Assembly (NCBI GenBank): GCA_050613775.1
Contig: JBODTK010000013.1
Span: 1-64,000 of the forward strand
Direction: 5' to 3'
DNA: 64,000 nt
Origin: Neocallimastix sp. 'constans'
Taxonomy: Eukaryota
Part shown: positions 36,522 through 51,090 of the stretch, in pieces
How positions within the stretch are numbered: the stretch's first letter is position 1
How the letters are laid out: every line of letters starts with the position of its first letter
Notes under the pieces: model-generated
Told to the model about the DNA's origin: nothing
What the model saw: the letters and a program-made list of their open reading frames with translations, nothing else
The model's database searches: none
Position numbers and translations under genes: made by a program

Positions 36522-39500
36522 TGTTAGGACAGTATCTAGTCTATATTACTCCGGAATTTAAGAATATTATATATAAGGGCAGGGGATATACTTACCTGTA
36601 AACGGAAACCCTAACCACCATCTACCGTAAAACCTTTTGTTCAGGAAAAACCGGAAAATGGTCAATGGGCGTATTATATTAAATTTATATCTGACATTCC
36701 CCTGAATTTTTAATAAACTAATTTTATGAAATCTCAATTCTGTATATCTTAATGTTTGATAAATACTTTCATTTTTACCATTATATATGACTGCTTTATT
36801 ATCCACATTAATGTTAATATATTTAATGTTTATACTTAACTTATTTAAAAAGTTTATTAGACATAAACATTTTAGAGCGCATTTGTTCAGACTATAAATA
36901 CTCACTCTCGGCGGTAGATATAGCAATACATTGTTGCAACTTTGAGTACCAAGTTACCAGAGTGCTTCCCATCATTATTAAGAACTCTGAAGTAGAATTT
37001 TTTTTTTTGTTTCTTCATCATTTCTAAAATCAGTATCCACATAAGTTGTAACATTTTTATTATTAGTTATTTTTAGTCCACAATATTTTGTATAATTTAA
37101 ATATTTAAAAATCTTTAAAGCATTAATCCAATCATCATATGTTGGATTTTGATTTCTTTTTGATACTTTATTAGTAGCTAATATGATATCAAGTCTAGTG
37201 CCCATTACAAGATATAACAAGCTTCCCAGAGCCTACATGTATAATTTAAAAATGAATTTTTTAATTTTTAATTTTTCATCCTTTATTTTCATTATGTATG
37301 AATATTTTTCATTTTCGTTAATTTTAAATAATTCTAATGTTTTTTTCAAGTACCTAAGTTGATGTAATATGTAACCATCTTTACATTTTATAAATTTTTA
37401 TTCCTATAATAATGTTTATATCCCTAATATTACATTATTTAAAATTTTTGTTTATTTTTAATTTTACTTTGATTAATAGATCTATTATTACTAGCTATTA
37501 ATACATCGTCTATATAAATCGTAATAATACAAGATATTTTTTATACTTATCTTTTAATATATGTATAGATGGTTCACTCTTCAGTCTTTCAAAATTAAAT
37601 TCTAGAAGTGTTTTATTTATTTTTTCATTCCAGAAACAACCAGCCTGTTTTAATCCATCGATAATTTTCTTAAATTTAATATATCCTTCTTCATTCATAC
37701 CTTTAGAAATTTCCATATATAATTCTTCATTTATTTCTGCGTTTAGATATGCAGTTTAACATCTAACTGATATATTATTGAAATTATTATTAAAACTATT
37801 GAAGTAATTATTCTTAGAAAGTCTTGTTAAGTGTAGTTGAGAAAGTATTATCATAATGCTGCACTATATGCTTAATAAAAATATATTGCTATTTACCTTT
37901 CTTTATATTTTGTTATCTTACCATTATCATTTCATTTATAACTAAAAACTCATTTACAACTAATTAGTTTTTTTTCTTTTGGGATTTCCTGAACCTTTTC
38001 AAAAACCTTTTTTTTTTATATTTTTAAGTTCATTGTTTATTATTTATAAAGAGATAGCCTCTAGGATAACAGAGCCTTAGTTGCAGCTTTACTGGGAATT
38101 TAAAGATCTGAATTTTTTTAAATGAAAAGCAAAAAGAAGAAAAAGGTAGAAAAGAAAACGGAAAAAAAAAAACACAAACAATTTTCTCCCTATAAGGAGA
38201 GAGAAGTAAGGAAGAATACAAGGTAAAAGGAAAGGTTCACCTGAATGACAACCCTACGTCGGACTAAGCAAACTTCAGGAGACCAAGAATTTTTTCAATC
38301 ATTAATAACCCTCTACCAACTACAATGTGAAGTTCCTAATTAGTACCAGAAAGTTTAGTTCTCAATGGAACTATCAACAACCTTACGGATCCAACAAGAT
38401 ACAAAGAAGACTTGATTTGCTTAGATCCATGTTTTAGTATTAATATTAACCCTCCAAATTTGGTAAAGGAACTAAAGATTAATGTTAAAAAAAAAGGTTA
38501 CTTTATTCAAGGTATTAAGGAATGAGCCAACCCTACGTACCATAACTGACCAGGAAGAAATCGCCTGGACTACCCTATAGAAGAAACCTACTTAAACCAA
38601 AAATAATACTGTTGTGACAAGATGCACACAACCCTCCGGAAATAAGATAGGAGAAAATCCTGCCAGTGTTGATTATTCCGAACCAGTACTACCAAGACGA
38701 CCCTCCGGAAATCAGACAGAAGAACGTTTAGCCAAAGAAAAATATTTTCAATCAGAGCTACAAGGACTACCCTCCGGAAAACCTATAGGTGAAGCCTTGG
38801 CCAGGTAAAATTTTCCTGAGCTAGAAGCAAAACATCAACCCTACGGAAAAATCCTAGGTACCACTTTAGCCAGTACCTATTTCAAAGGAAGAAAGATGAG
38901 GAGCTACGCGTATGTTGACTACCGGAAATTAAATTAGCAAACCCTACGGAAGTCCTACTCCTTTTTTAATTACCTTTGTTTTGGGAACTTTGAAAGATTC
39001 GAAAATTTTTAGTAAGCTTGAACTAAAAAGCGCATATAATCTTATAAGATTACAAGAAGGAGATGAATTTAAAACCGCCTTCCGTACCAAATATAACCAC
39101 TTTGAATATACAATGATGCCTTTTAGGCTCACCAATACCCCTGCTGTTTTACAAGGTTTCATAAGCACTGTCCTACACGATTTTATTAATATATATGTCC
39201 AGGTTTATCAAGTTGATACTATGATTTATTCAAAAAAGTTTCGAAGAACATGCTAAGCAGGTAAAAACTGTTCTACAACTACTCATCGATAACCAGCTCG
39301 TGGCCAAAATTTCCAAATACGAATTTCACAAGCAAGAAGTGTAATTCCTTAGCCATATTGTTAGCAATGAAGGTATCAAGACTGATCCTCACAAGCTCGA
39401 AGCTATTACTTCCTGACCAACTCCTACCAACATTAAAAGAAGTCCAATCTTTTATCGGATTTTGTAACTATTATTGTCGTATTATCAAGGATTTTTTCTA

Positions 39501-41845
39501 AAATAGCTAGGCCTCTACATTACCTTACCAAAAAAGATGTTGAATTCGTATGGAATGACGACTGCCAGGCTACCTTCCTAAAGTTAAAGGAACTTCTAAT
39601 AAGATTTTGGAATGTAATAAAAAATTTGACATCAGAAGAAACATATGTTTGAGTAATCCATTTTGTTAATAGTAAGTAGTTCATAGGGAATTTTACTTTT
39701 TATCCCTTTATGAGGGATTCGGTTATGAATGTAGTTGGAAGTGGCTACGGAGTCTTTGCCAAAAATGTAAACTCTATGGTGCACCATTTAACATTGATTT
39801 AACAGAATTAATTATAGTACCGTTGAATCGTTCAATCCTACCATTTTGTTGTGGATGATAGGGAACAGTGAATTGATGTTGTATTCCAAAGTTAATACAT
39901 AATTGTTTAAAATTTTTGTTGTTAAATTCAATACTATTATCTGTACGAATATATTTAATTCTTTTATTAAATTGATTTTTTATTTTGTTAAGCCAATTAT
40001 AGAAGTGATAAAATGTTTCGGATTTACTCTTTCTAAAGAGAGTCCATCCAAATCTTGAATGGTCATCCAACATGGTTAAAATATATTTATTGTCATTGAT
40101 AGAGTTTTGGATTGGACTTATAAGGTCCATATGTATGAGTTGAAATATGCTTTTTTCTCTGTTAAGATGATGAATTGAAAGGTTTACTTTTGAATTTTGA
40201 ATGACTACAAACAGGACATTTTGAATTTATATTGAGTTTTAAAATTTTGTTTTCGATACTGTTGATATTGAAATGTGTAAAATGACGATGCCATAAATTT
40301 GGTTTATCAATTGGTTTCAAATATATATAACTAAATTATTATTTTGTTTGTCTTTTTGAAAATTTAATGGTTGAGTCGAAATCCAAAATTTAAAATGTAT
40401 TAGATTGGTTTGATTTAATTGATATTAATCTTTGATTGTATTGATTATAAATTAATGCATATGATTTATTATTAGTATTATTAAAAATTATTTTTGTATC
40501 CTTGTTGTGTAAGATTTCCAATTGAAAATAAATTTTTATTTATTTTTGGTGAGTAGTAAACATTCTTAATGACAATTTTATGATTACCAATGTATCCTAT
40601 GAGGTCTCCTTTAAATTGTATTGATATAATTTGATTATTAGCTAAATAAACTTTTTTATTACATTCTTGAATATTATTTAATTTATTTAAATGATTTACA
40701 ATATTTATTGAGGCACCGGAGTCTTTTCTTTTTGATTATTGTAGTTATATTTATTTATTGTGACTAAATTAATGCTCAGATTATCTTGAGAATTGTAATC
40801 CTCGATGAAATCATCTGCATAGCTAGTGTCAAACTTATGTTTTTCTATTAAATTAGCATAATTTTTATGTTTATTATGTTTTCTTTTAAAATTATTTCTT
40901 CTGGGTTTGAAAATTTTTCTTCTTTTATTATTATTTTTATCATCTCTTCTATTTTTACAGTCATGAAAGAAATGGCCTAATTCGCCACAGTAATTACATC
41001 TATCATTTTTAGTAAATTTAGTAAATGCTTTTGTTTTAGTGAGTTTTTTCTTATTTGAATTAATGTTATTATTAATTTCTATTGAAAATATATTTTTATT
41101 ATTTTGATTATTATTTATGGATTCCTTTAAGTTTGATGAGATGATTTCAGGTAATACATCTTTAACATATTCACTACATTTAATCCAATCATTTTTAAAT
41201 TGGAATACATTTATCCAACGGAGTTCCGCTGGATGACTTCTGTTGAAGGATTCCCACTTTAACACTTGGTTCAATGTCATTATTTATTTTCTCGAGTTCA
41301 TCAATGGTATTCTGTAGTTCAGCAATAAAGATATTAATATCCACTTCTGGGTTGAACTTTAAATTATCAAACTTATTTTTAAGTTCTAATTTACGTGTAT
41401 TAATGTTTTTAGTAGAATATCTTTTTAAAATTCTCCACAATTGGAAAGCTGTTTTGTTTGATCTTTGCACTATGTCTTGGGTTTTTTCTCCGATGCTGTT
41501 TAGGATGATCCATTTTGTTGTAATATCATTATTGATGTCAACCACATTGGTGTTTTTGTCGTACGCCAATGTGTTATCAAATTTATCTTCTATATACTTG
41601 GATAGATCATCTTGTATATCTCATTTCCTTAACTTTTTAACCTTTTCTTTGGTGATATAACCACATAGGTTGTTAATTGATAATATATGAAGGATTTTGA
41701 TTCTCCATCTATTATAGTTTTCAGTATTTAATTTAACTACTCTGTTGAAGTTTTCAGAATAGTTAAATTTAATTGTTGTCCTGATGTCGATGGGTTCTTC
41801 AATAGTAATTACTTGATTTCTATTAGTTCTTCTTGTATTAGCCAT
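36522..41845 (-). mobile_element. Degenerate Ty1/Copia LTR retrotransposon (gag-PR-INT-[Gypsy insert]-RT-RNaseH-PPT-putative LTR)
   Basis: Gag at 41845-40705 with CNYCGELGHFFHDC knuckle; integrase at 40130-39640 (HMDL, RTDN, PQQNGRIERFN); RT at ~38030-37220 (GLKQAGCFWN); TRLDI and YVDTDF; RNase H VDNKAVI; polypurine AGGGGAA followed by TGTCAG at 36696. The LTR left boundary is uncertain. Confidence 0.85.
38040..39600 (+). mobile_element. Ty3/Gypsy pol fragment inserted in opposite orientation within the Copia element
   Basis: [38 protein letters not shown], followed by degenerate FIGFCNYY and WNDDCQATF motifs. No LTRs seen. Confidence 0.85.
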
Positions 41846-44800
41846 TACTGAAAACTTTAAAAAAGCAATTTATTTCATTAGTAATTTATTAAAATTTATA
41901 TTATGAAAATATTTTAAAATATAATTGAAGAAGGATACCTTTATTTTTTATTAATAAGTATTCAATATATTAATAAGAATTTTGTTTTATTTTCATTTAA
42001 TAAGTACAGATTAAAATATATATTGTTTAATACTTCCATAAGAATTTATAATAAATTTTAATAATAAATATTTTTGATAATTAATTACGTTATATTTATT
42101 GCTTAATATAAAGGGTTTATAAAAATTAAATATTTTAGTAATATGATTGGATTCTATTTTATTTATAATATTTTTCATTATTTCATTTGATATTTAATTA
42201 TTGAATATTTACTTTTTATATTCTAATAGTATAAAAAAAAAATAAAATAAAATAAAATAAAAGAACATATTAATAAATAATATTAAATAGTTTTAATCAC
42301 TTTAAATAAATATATTATTAAGAAGTGATTATTTTTTATTTCATTTTTCTTTTTATTCATATTTTTATTATTTTTTATTTTTTTTAGTTTTCAATAAATA
42401 AATAAAAAAAAAGTACCAATAAAAATAAAAGTATTATATAATTAAATATTAATATTGATATTTATTTTCTTTTCTTTATTTTTTATTATTTAATTAAAAT
42501 AGCTTTATAAGATTATTTTTAATTTAATTCATTCAAAGTTGGTGCAGAAAAGGCCATCACTACTGATAAGAAAAATCTCTATATAATTAGAGTATATATA
42601 TATATAAAAGAAGGGGTCAATCCATTAAGTAATAAAATAGTTAAAAAAATGGAAATATAAATAGATTAAAATAATAAAAAAAGAGAATAACTATATAGAA
42701 ATTTAATGATAATAAAATAAATGAATAGAAAATATAGATAATATATTATCGTAATTGAAATTAATAACAAATATCAATATATATAGATAATTTTATAATG
42801 TAAATGTATAATTAATATGAACATATATTTTTTACATATTAAAATTTGTACTATCTAGAATATTTGTATAAAAAAATAATACATATTAAAAATAAAATTT
42901 TATATATAAAATATTACATATAAATATTATTTATAAACTTAGATAATTTTAAAGTTTATATATAGAATACTATTTATAAACTTAATATATTATAAATAAA
43001 TATAAATTTATATATTTAAAATTAATATGATATATATTTGAATAATATATAAAAATATATTTTTAAATATATTATACAAAAATATATAATAAATATATTC
43101 ACATAAATTTTTTTTTTTTGAAGAATTTCATTTCGATAAGGCGCATTTCGCAAATTTATAATAAATAGATAGATAAATAATAAAATAAATAAATATTATA
43201 TTTATTATAATATTTAAGAAAATAAAATAAATTATAAATAATAAATGTATAATAATATATTATTAAATTAAAAATTATAATTAATAAGTAATTAAATGGG
43301 TATTTTTTATTTTATTATGTTTTTATTTATTTAATAACTTTAGAATTATTTATCTTTTCATAGATTATTGATTAAATTAAAATAATAATTATAATTAATA
43401 AAGAATTTACAAAAATATTATGAAATATTTCAAAAAAGTAAATATAAAATGTATACAAAATTATTTGTGTATACAATATATAAAATTAAACTAAAATTAT
43501 ACGTTAAAAGAATATAATTATTTAAATTATAAAGTTATATATAAATTATATATTATCATTATATTAAAATATATTAACAATGTATTAATAATTAAGATAA
43601 TTATATAAATATAATAATATTTATATATTAAATTTATATTATTAAATTTTTTATATATTATAATTTTTTTTTTTTAAATTAAATTATTTTTAAATAAAAG
43701 AAAAATATAAATAGAAAATTAAAAAAAAAAAGGAAAAAATTAATTAAAAAAAAGTGAACTTCTTTGAAAAAAAGGAAAAGAAGTTAAGAGAGAATTTTTG
43801 AATAAATGAAGTCTATTTTAATATAAAATATATTATTGTGTTATTTAGTGTTTTTTTGTTGTATATTAACAATATAAAATAATTAGTACGAAAATAATTA
43901 TTTTTATATTTTATTATATTTTATCTTGTATTTTATTTATAAATAACAAAATACATTATTTACAATTTATCATAAAAATTGTAAAATAATTTTTTTATGA
44001 AGAGTTAAAAGACAACTTAGCATAACATTTTATTAATATAATAATTATATTAATACTCTTTTATCAATAATAATAATAAAATTTAATAATAATAATAAAT
44101 TTTAATTATTTATTAATTAAAAAAATTTTTTTAAATATTTAAATATTAAAAAAATGAAATGATTTTACAAAGGTTTTTTATATAATTATATATTAAAATA
44201 ATTTTCTTTTTTTTTACTAGATAAATATTACTTTTAAATATTAAAATAATTTTATTAAAGTTTGAGATTTTATAAAACACTAAGCAAGAATTTAAAAGGT
44301 GTAAAATGATAAATTAATTATTTAAATATTATTTTTTTTTTTTAATTTTAATAATTATATTTTAAATTATTATTCTTTATACATCTGTTTAAATTATTAA
44401 TATTTATTTTTTTTATATATATAATAAATAATATTTATTATATATATATTTTGAAAAATTATAAAACGTTTATAACTGTGATAAAATATTTTATTCTAAT
44501 GTATATTTATTATTATTTATTTATATTATATAAATATTTATTTTTTTTTAAAAAAAATTTAATTTTAAATTTATTTATTTATTATAGTTTTATTTATTTA
44601 TTATAGTTTTATTTATTTATTATAGTTTTATTTATTTATTTATTATAGTTTTATTTATTTATTTATTTTTTTATTTATTTATTTAAATTACATATATAAT
44701 TTATCAATTTAATTTTTCGAAATTCTCACATTCCATAAAATTTATGTTTACATAAATTTTTATGTGTTTGTATAGTATTTATGATATTACATAAATTTAT

Positions 44801-45449
44801 TTTATATCATGTTACAATAAGTTCCACTATAAAGCAGTAATAATTACTCAAATGATTAATTAACTATTTATTATTTTATTTTTATATATTTATTAACAAT
44901 ATTATTAATAATTAAACTTTTTATTTTCATTTTATATCATATTATTTTATATTAAATTACTTATAAAATTATTCTAATTTAATCAAAACAATTTTAATCT
45001 AAATAAAAGGAAAACTAAAATAAATATCTTAACTTAGTCTAAATAATTTAACTAACAACGCATTAACTATAAAATACATGTTATTAAACACTAAATAATA
45101 AAAATGAATCACTAAGTTCTTTAAAAACACAATTAAATTATTTAAGTATTAATTTATTTAAATTTATTTAATCAAACTATTTTAAACTTATTATTTAAAC
45201 TTTAGAGAATAATAAATAAATAATATAATAATAAAGTTGTAAGAAAAAGATAGGAAGAACTAAAATATAAGTTTAATTCTTTCTTTTTCATTGGAGATAA
45301 CTTTTTTTAATTTTCCATTTTCTTTATTCTTTATAAAATTTTTCATTAACAATAATTACAAAATTCTCTTTAAAGCTTGATTAAAGATTATTTTCATTCA
45401 TTTCAGAAATTATTGTTGCAACGAACTAATCATTTTTTTTTTTTAATCA

Positions 45450-45625
45450 TGACATCGCATCCACAATAACATTTTTCTTCCCTGGTTGATATAAAACCTT
45501 AATGTTAAGCACTAATTAAAATAAAACACATCTATTTTGTTTGGTTTATCTTTTTCTTTATTCTTAAATAGTCCTTCTAAAAATTTATGATCTAAATATG
45601 TAACTGTTTTCCATTATAATTTCAA
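45450..45625 (-). pseudogene. Ty3/Gypsy RNase H C-terminal remnant
   Basis: Minus strand encodes YLDHKFLEGLF and IKVLYQPGKKNVIVDAMS. Confidence 0.6.
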
Positions 45626-46315
45626 TTGTAATGTTGATTATGACTTTGATTATAAATCTGATTAAAATTTGGAGAATTGAATTGTTTAAAAGGATGAATA
45701 ATATTTCAATAAATAGTTGTGAATTAAATACGGTATTCATGACGATTTCATTAATAATAGTTCTTTCAATTCAGCTTCTTCAAAAAGCATCTTCCAAGTT
45801 TATACATCATTGAATTATTACTTGAAATCAAGAGTATGGACGATAATTTATTGAATCGGAATAATTTTCAATTGTAATAAATGACTAATATATTTTAGAT
45901 AATTGATTGAAAATATTATTAATAAAATAATATATTTTAATAATTTAAAATAGTTAATAATAATTAATCTTTAATTACGAGAAAATTATAATATTAAAAA
46001 TTATAATCTTTTACTTTGAACTAATTCTTATAATTTGTAAATCATTCCTCACCGTAATCAATTCACTTTTCTACGATAGATAACTCTTAATTCTAACTAA
46101 ATTTAAAGAACTTTTAAGATAAATATTTCTATTAATAATTTAAAATCTCTAATTAAAATAAGAACATTTCCCCGGCCTATTCAAATCAATAACTATAACT
46201 ATTATTTTAATAATTCTTTATAAATTCTTTTAATAATCTTTTAAAAACCCCTCTTTTGGAATATTGACCTTTTGGAAAACTTACTTTTTTTGAAAAATCT
46301 ATTTATTTAATCGTT

Positions 46316-46700
46316 ATGAAGGATAACAACGCTACTTACCAGGATGGATTTGCTGGAGACCGCCGCTACTTCAAGGAATTTCTCGCTCAAATTGAACTTA
46401 TTTTCATGCACTTCCCAGACCGACTTGAAGACGATCCTACCAAAGATGTTTATATCATTTCTATACTCTATGGAAAAGTTATGAATTGGGCAGAATCTCT
46501 AATAGAAAGTAGAGATCCTTGCCTTAACAACTACAAAGAATTCATTTCAAGACTTAAAGCCACTTTCGGTAACAGTGCTGATACCTTTGTCGCTAATCAA
46601 AAGTTCAGAATAATCAGGCAAAAACGTCTTGGGAATGTAGGAAACTATATTCTCGAGTTCAACAGATATGCTGACGAGTCATATTGGAATGAATCTTTGT
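46316..46700 (+). mobile_element. Ty3/Gypsy gag (retrotransposon capsid) fragment
   Basis: FAGDRRYFKEFLAQIELIF...LYGKVMNWA...RQKRLGNVGNYILEF (major homology region-like). Confidence 0.8.
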
Positions 46701-48650
46701 CGAGTATCCTTCATCTTGGCACACAAATCTCACAAGATTGTTTATAATCTGCCACATCATTTTTTCAAGTTTGGTCAGGTATACCATCGGGAGTATTAAT
46801 TCGTAGGTTTTATTTTTGATACTAAGGTGACCAGCCGTTTCATCATTATGGTTCAGTTTTATGATGGTTTTCCTTAAATTAGGTGGGACATATATCTTCC
46901 CTTCCCTCTTTAAAATTACCCCATCTTCGAGGAACTAGTTGCCTATAATAGTTTTGTCCTTGGTGACAAGTTTGGCTAAAAAATCCTTTTATCTCACAAG
47001 TAACCCTGCTTTATATCGTCCACAAAGAAGGACTCTTGGTACATGATCAGGAAAGTATCACCCAAAAGGTTGTCAAATGTCAAATCCTTGAATCTTTTAA
47101 GGCAGAATGATAGGAGACTATTCTAAGTTCTTGCTAGCGAGTAACTCATGGTCAGTCCTGCGCAAGAGTTGGTAAGCTTTACAATTAGATTTAACTGGTT
47201 TGTAGATGATGGTAAAATCAAATTCAGAGAAATTCTTGCCAACATCTTGAAGTTGGGTAAGTAATTGTGGTTTACTGGCAAAAAAGTATATTCCAGTGGT
47301 CAGAATATGCCTGGGTTTGAAATTAGATGCCTGAAAGTAGGTGTCTCCACTCAACAAAGGCAATTTTAATAGCTAAAAGTTCTTTGCACGTAATAGATTA
47401 ATTAATTTCAGCGTTGAAAAGACTTTTAGAGCAAAAATAAACAGGGTGAAGTAAGTCATCATCACCATATTAGGAAAGGACACAACCTATAGCAAAGTTG
47501 CTGGCATCACACTCTAAAATGAAAGGTTTGTTCAGGTAAGGATAGCGCAGAATATGAGCTGATTCCAGAAGTTCCTTTAACATAAGGAAGGCAGCCTGGC
47601 AGTCGTTGTTCTATACAAATTCAACATCTATTTTTGGTAAGATGATGAATAGGCCTAGTTATTTTAGAGAAGTCCATAATAAAATGATGGTAGTAGTTAT
47701 AGAAACCGATGAAAGATTGTGTATCCTTTATGTTGGTAGCAGTAGGGTTAGGATTAATCCTAACCCTAGGCCAGGATGTAATAGCTTCAAACTTGTGAGA
47801 ATCAGTCTACTTTCACTGCTAATAATGTTGCCAAGGAATTCTATTTCTTGCTTATGAAATTCACATTTGGAAATATTGGACACAAGCTGGTTATCGATGA
47901 AGTAGCTTTAAGATTGTTTGTACTTGCTTCTTCGAAATTTTTTGAATAAATGATAATATAATCTTTGTAAACTTGAACGTATTTTTTTTTTATAACATTG
48001 AGTAAAATAGTGTTAATGAATCCTTGAAAAACATCAGGGGCATTGGGAGCCCAAAAAGTGTCACCATATATTCAAAGTGTCCATATTTGGTACGAAAAGC
48101 GGTTTTAAATTTGTCGTCTTCACATATTCTTATAAGATTGTAAGCGCTTTTTAAGTCAAGCTTACTAAAAATTTTCGAGCCTGTCATAGCCCCGAAAAAT
48201 AACTGTGATTAGAACGAGTATTAAGGAATTCAGTAAGGATTGCTGATTTAATTTTCTGTGGTCAATATATATGCTTAGTTCTCTATTTTACATCCTTTAA
48301 AATAGGACTGGATTCGCAGCTGGTGAGATAGATCTTCTAATAATTTAAGCCGAGTAATACTTTTTTACTAATTCTTTAGTATTAATTTTAAGTTTTCTGG
48401 TGGTATTGGTCCTTTAGTAATACTAAGAACGCAGAAATGTCTCGAACTTCTTCTGTAGGGTTGTCTTGCCCGTTGTGGCTGAGGGAGATTACTTCTGGCT
48501 AAAGTGGTGTCTAGAGAATTTCTGTAGGGTAGTCGTGGTGACTCTAGCTGAGGTTAATTTCAACTGGCTGAATTTTGTTCAAGAGAATTTCCTGAGGGTT
48601 GAGAGCATCCTAATACAATGGAAATATTATTTTTTGGTTTAGTAAGTAGT
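46700..48650 (-). mobile_element. Ty3/Gypsy pol remnant (RT-RNaseH-integrase zinc finger), same family as 38040-39600
   Basis: [40 protein letters not shown] and SCEIC motifs, with many stops. Confidence 0.85.
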
Positions 48651-48659
48651 TCTTGTTAT

Positions 48660-49830
48660 CCTTTATTATGTGATTTCTTTAAATGTGAATTAAGGGGGTG
48701 AGTGATGGCTTCAAATCCTGAAATGAATATTCTGTAATAATTTGCTAAGTAAGAAGGATTGGTGTTGTTTAAAATTTGGGAGTAGGCCATTTTAAGATCG
48801 AAGATACTTTTTTATTATCCATAAAAAATGCCATCAGAGGAGATTCTATGGTCAATAAAGTTGAAGAAAAGTACACAGAATTAGCATTTTTCTAGTTTTG
48901 CAAATAAATCAGGTTTTCTGAGTCTTAGAAGTGCTTCGAAAAGGTACTTGATGTAAGTGTATAAGTCAGAAGAGAATATAATAATATCAATGATATAGCA
49001 ATAAGCGAATTTTCCAAGGATATCTTCTAAAACATCGTTGATGAAGTGTTAAAAAACGGCTGGAGCATTCTTTAAACCGAAAGGCATTACAAAATATTCA
49101 AAATGTCCATATTTGTACGTGAATGCTGTTTTATACACGTCATCTTCTTTAATTCTGACTAGGCTATAGGGGGAGCGAAGATCAAATTTAGAGAATATTT
49201 TCCCTTCAATTAAGTGTTCTAACATTTCGTTAATCAAAGGAAATGTATAAGAATCGTTGATTGTGATGTCTTTTAGATGACGATAGTTAACGGCTATTCG
49301 GAGTTCACCATTCTTTTTTAAACGAAAAAAAAAGAATACCACCAGGAGACTTTGATTTTCTAATGAATGCTTTTGCTAAGTTTTCATCAATGTATTTTTT
49401 GAAAATTATAGATTCTTTCTCTGTCAAGTGGTAGATTGATCCGTAAAGAAGTTGAGTAGAGGGAGTAGATTGATTTCGTAGTCATAAAGTCTACGTTGTG
49501 GTAATTCATAAGGATATACTTCATTGAAGATGTCTTTGAAAGGAATGAGTTTGACAGGTTGAAAATTTTGAATATTAATATTAGTTTCTTTATTAGGTTT
49601 TGTTTGTCTAGTAGAATAAAGGAACTAGGTAAAATTAAGCAGTTAGAGATTCAAAGATTTGATTGAAAGATGAGATCTTTTGTAGAATAATTAATGGTTG
49701 GGTTATGAATGGATAGCAAGTCTAGCCTAATATAGTGCAGTAGGATGGAAGGTCGAGTATATAAAATTTAGTTATGATTTTTGTATGTGATTGAGGTTGG
49801 GTAGGTTTCACCTAAAAATAGATTAATTAC
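48660..49830 (-). mobile_element. Second Ty3/Gypsy family PR-RT remnant
   Basis: [26 protein letters not shown] and [20 protein letters not shown] motifs. Confidence 0.85.
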
Positions 49831-50699
49831 CTCTGATTTCAGATATATTTGCATGGATTATAGAAAACTGAACTTAATGACTGTTCCTGATTCCTACTTT
49901 CTTCATTAGATTTCTCCACCCTGGATTTATTTTCATGATATTATCAAATACATATTTCTAAAGATAGTACTGATCTTACTAATTTTACAACAAAATTTGA
50001 AAATTTTGTTTTCAGAGTTATGATTAATAAGTCGAAAAGAATACAATTAATTTTTCTCTGGTATGTGGCTGGATGTATCATTTTTGTGATTAATATTATT
50101 AAAGGGAATTAATTATTAATAATATTAAACAGAAAACCTTTGTTGACCCAATAAATCGATACTATAAATATAAAAGTAATATAAATGAAGAAAATTTGTT
50201 TTATAAAATATATGTTTTATTAATAAGAATTTTATTAAAATATTAATTAACTATAACTAAGGCATTACTTATATGTTGATCTTTTAAAAATAAAAACACA
50301 AAGAAAAAATATTTTGTTGGGGAAATCATTCATATTTTTACTTTTTCCGGAAAAATAGTTTCTTGAATGAAAAAGTATAAAAAGTTCTTAGATTAAGATT
50401 TTAATTGATAAAAAATGAATCATATGATAAAAGTAATAATAGAATTTATAAAATTAGAATTTCTAATGATTTCTGATTAAATAAATTAATCAAGAAAAAT
50501 CATGAAATTCTATAATTTTTACAGAAAGAAGGTTATAGAAAATATTATTAATAAATATTTAAAATAATAATTTCGTAAAATGGGTTGAAGTCAGAGTCTA
50601 ACCCATGCAGTATTGGTCATGGTCAATGTAACTAACAACTAGACCATTATTATGATTTCTGAAATTCTTAGATTCGTTACACTGGAGCACCAGTTAGAC

Positions 50700-51090
50700 C
50701 AAATTTTAATAAGTATTTTATTATTAGAATGGAAGTCTGTAAGGAAGAAATTGATGGTATTCTATTACATAAAGATGAAAATGACAGAATAGAATACCTA
50801 ATATATTTCATCAGAAGAACCTTAAATAAAGTATAATTAAATTATAATATTACAGATCTCGAAGGGACAGCGGATTATTATTGCGGAAATGAATTTAAGT
50901 ATTACATTTCAGGTAATAAATATGAAACATTGTTATATATCAATCATAAGCTATTAATAGGATTATTAAGTAGCAAAGACCTAATAATATGCGTCATTGA
51001 ATGTGGCGCATATCAATTAGTACGCTCATAATTAAAATATTGTTTGAATCCGGAAAAAGATATATTTTTGCACACGCCTTATCAGGAATT
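50700..51090 (+). pseudogene. Ty3/Gypsy RNase H remnant
   Basis: Degenerate LNYNITDLEGTA, NHKLLIGLL and IKILFESGKRYIFAHALS. Confidence 0.6.

Noticed and set aside
38632..38955. CRISPR array interpretation of the 69-bp periodic motif
   Set aside because: The repeat is only ~11 bp, in frame with a coding period, and embedded in a Gypsy pol region.
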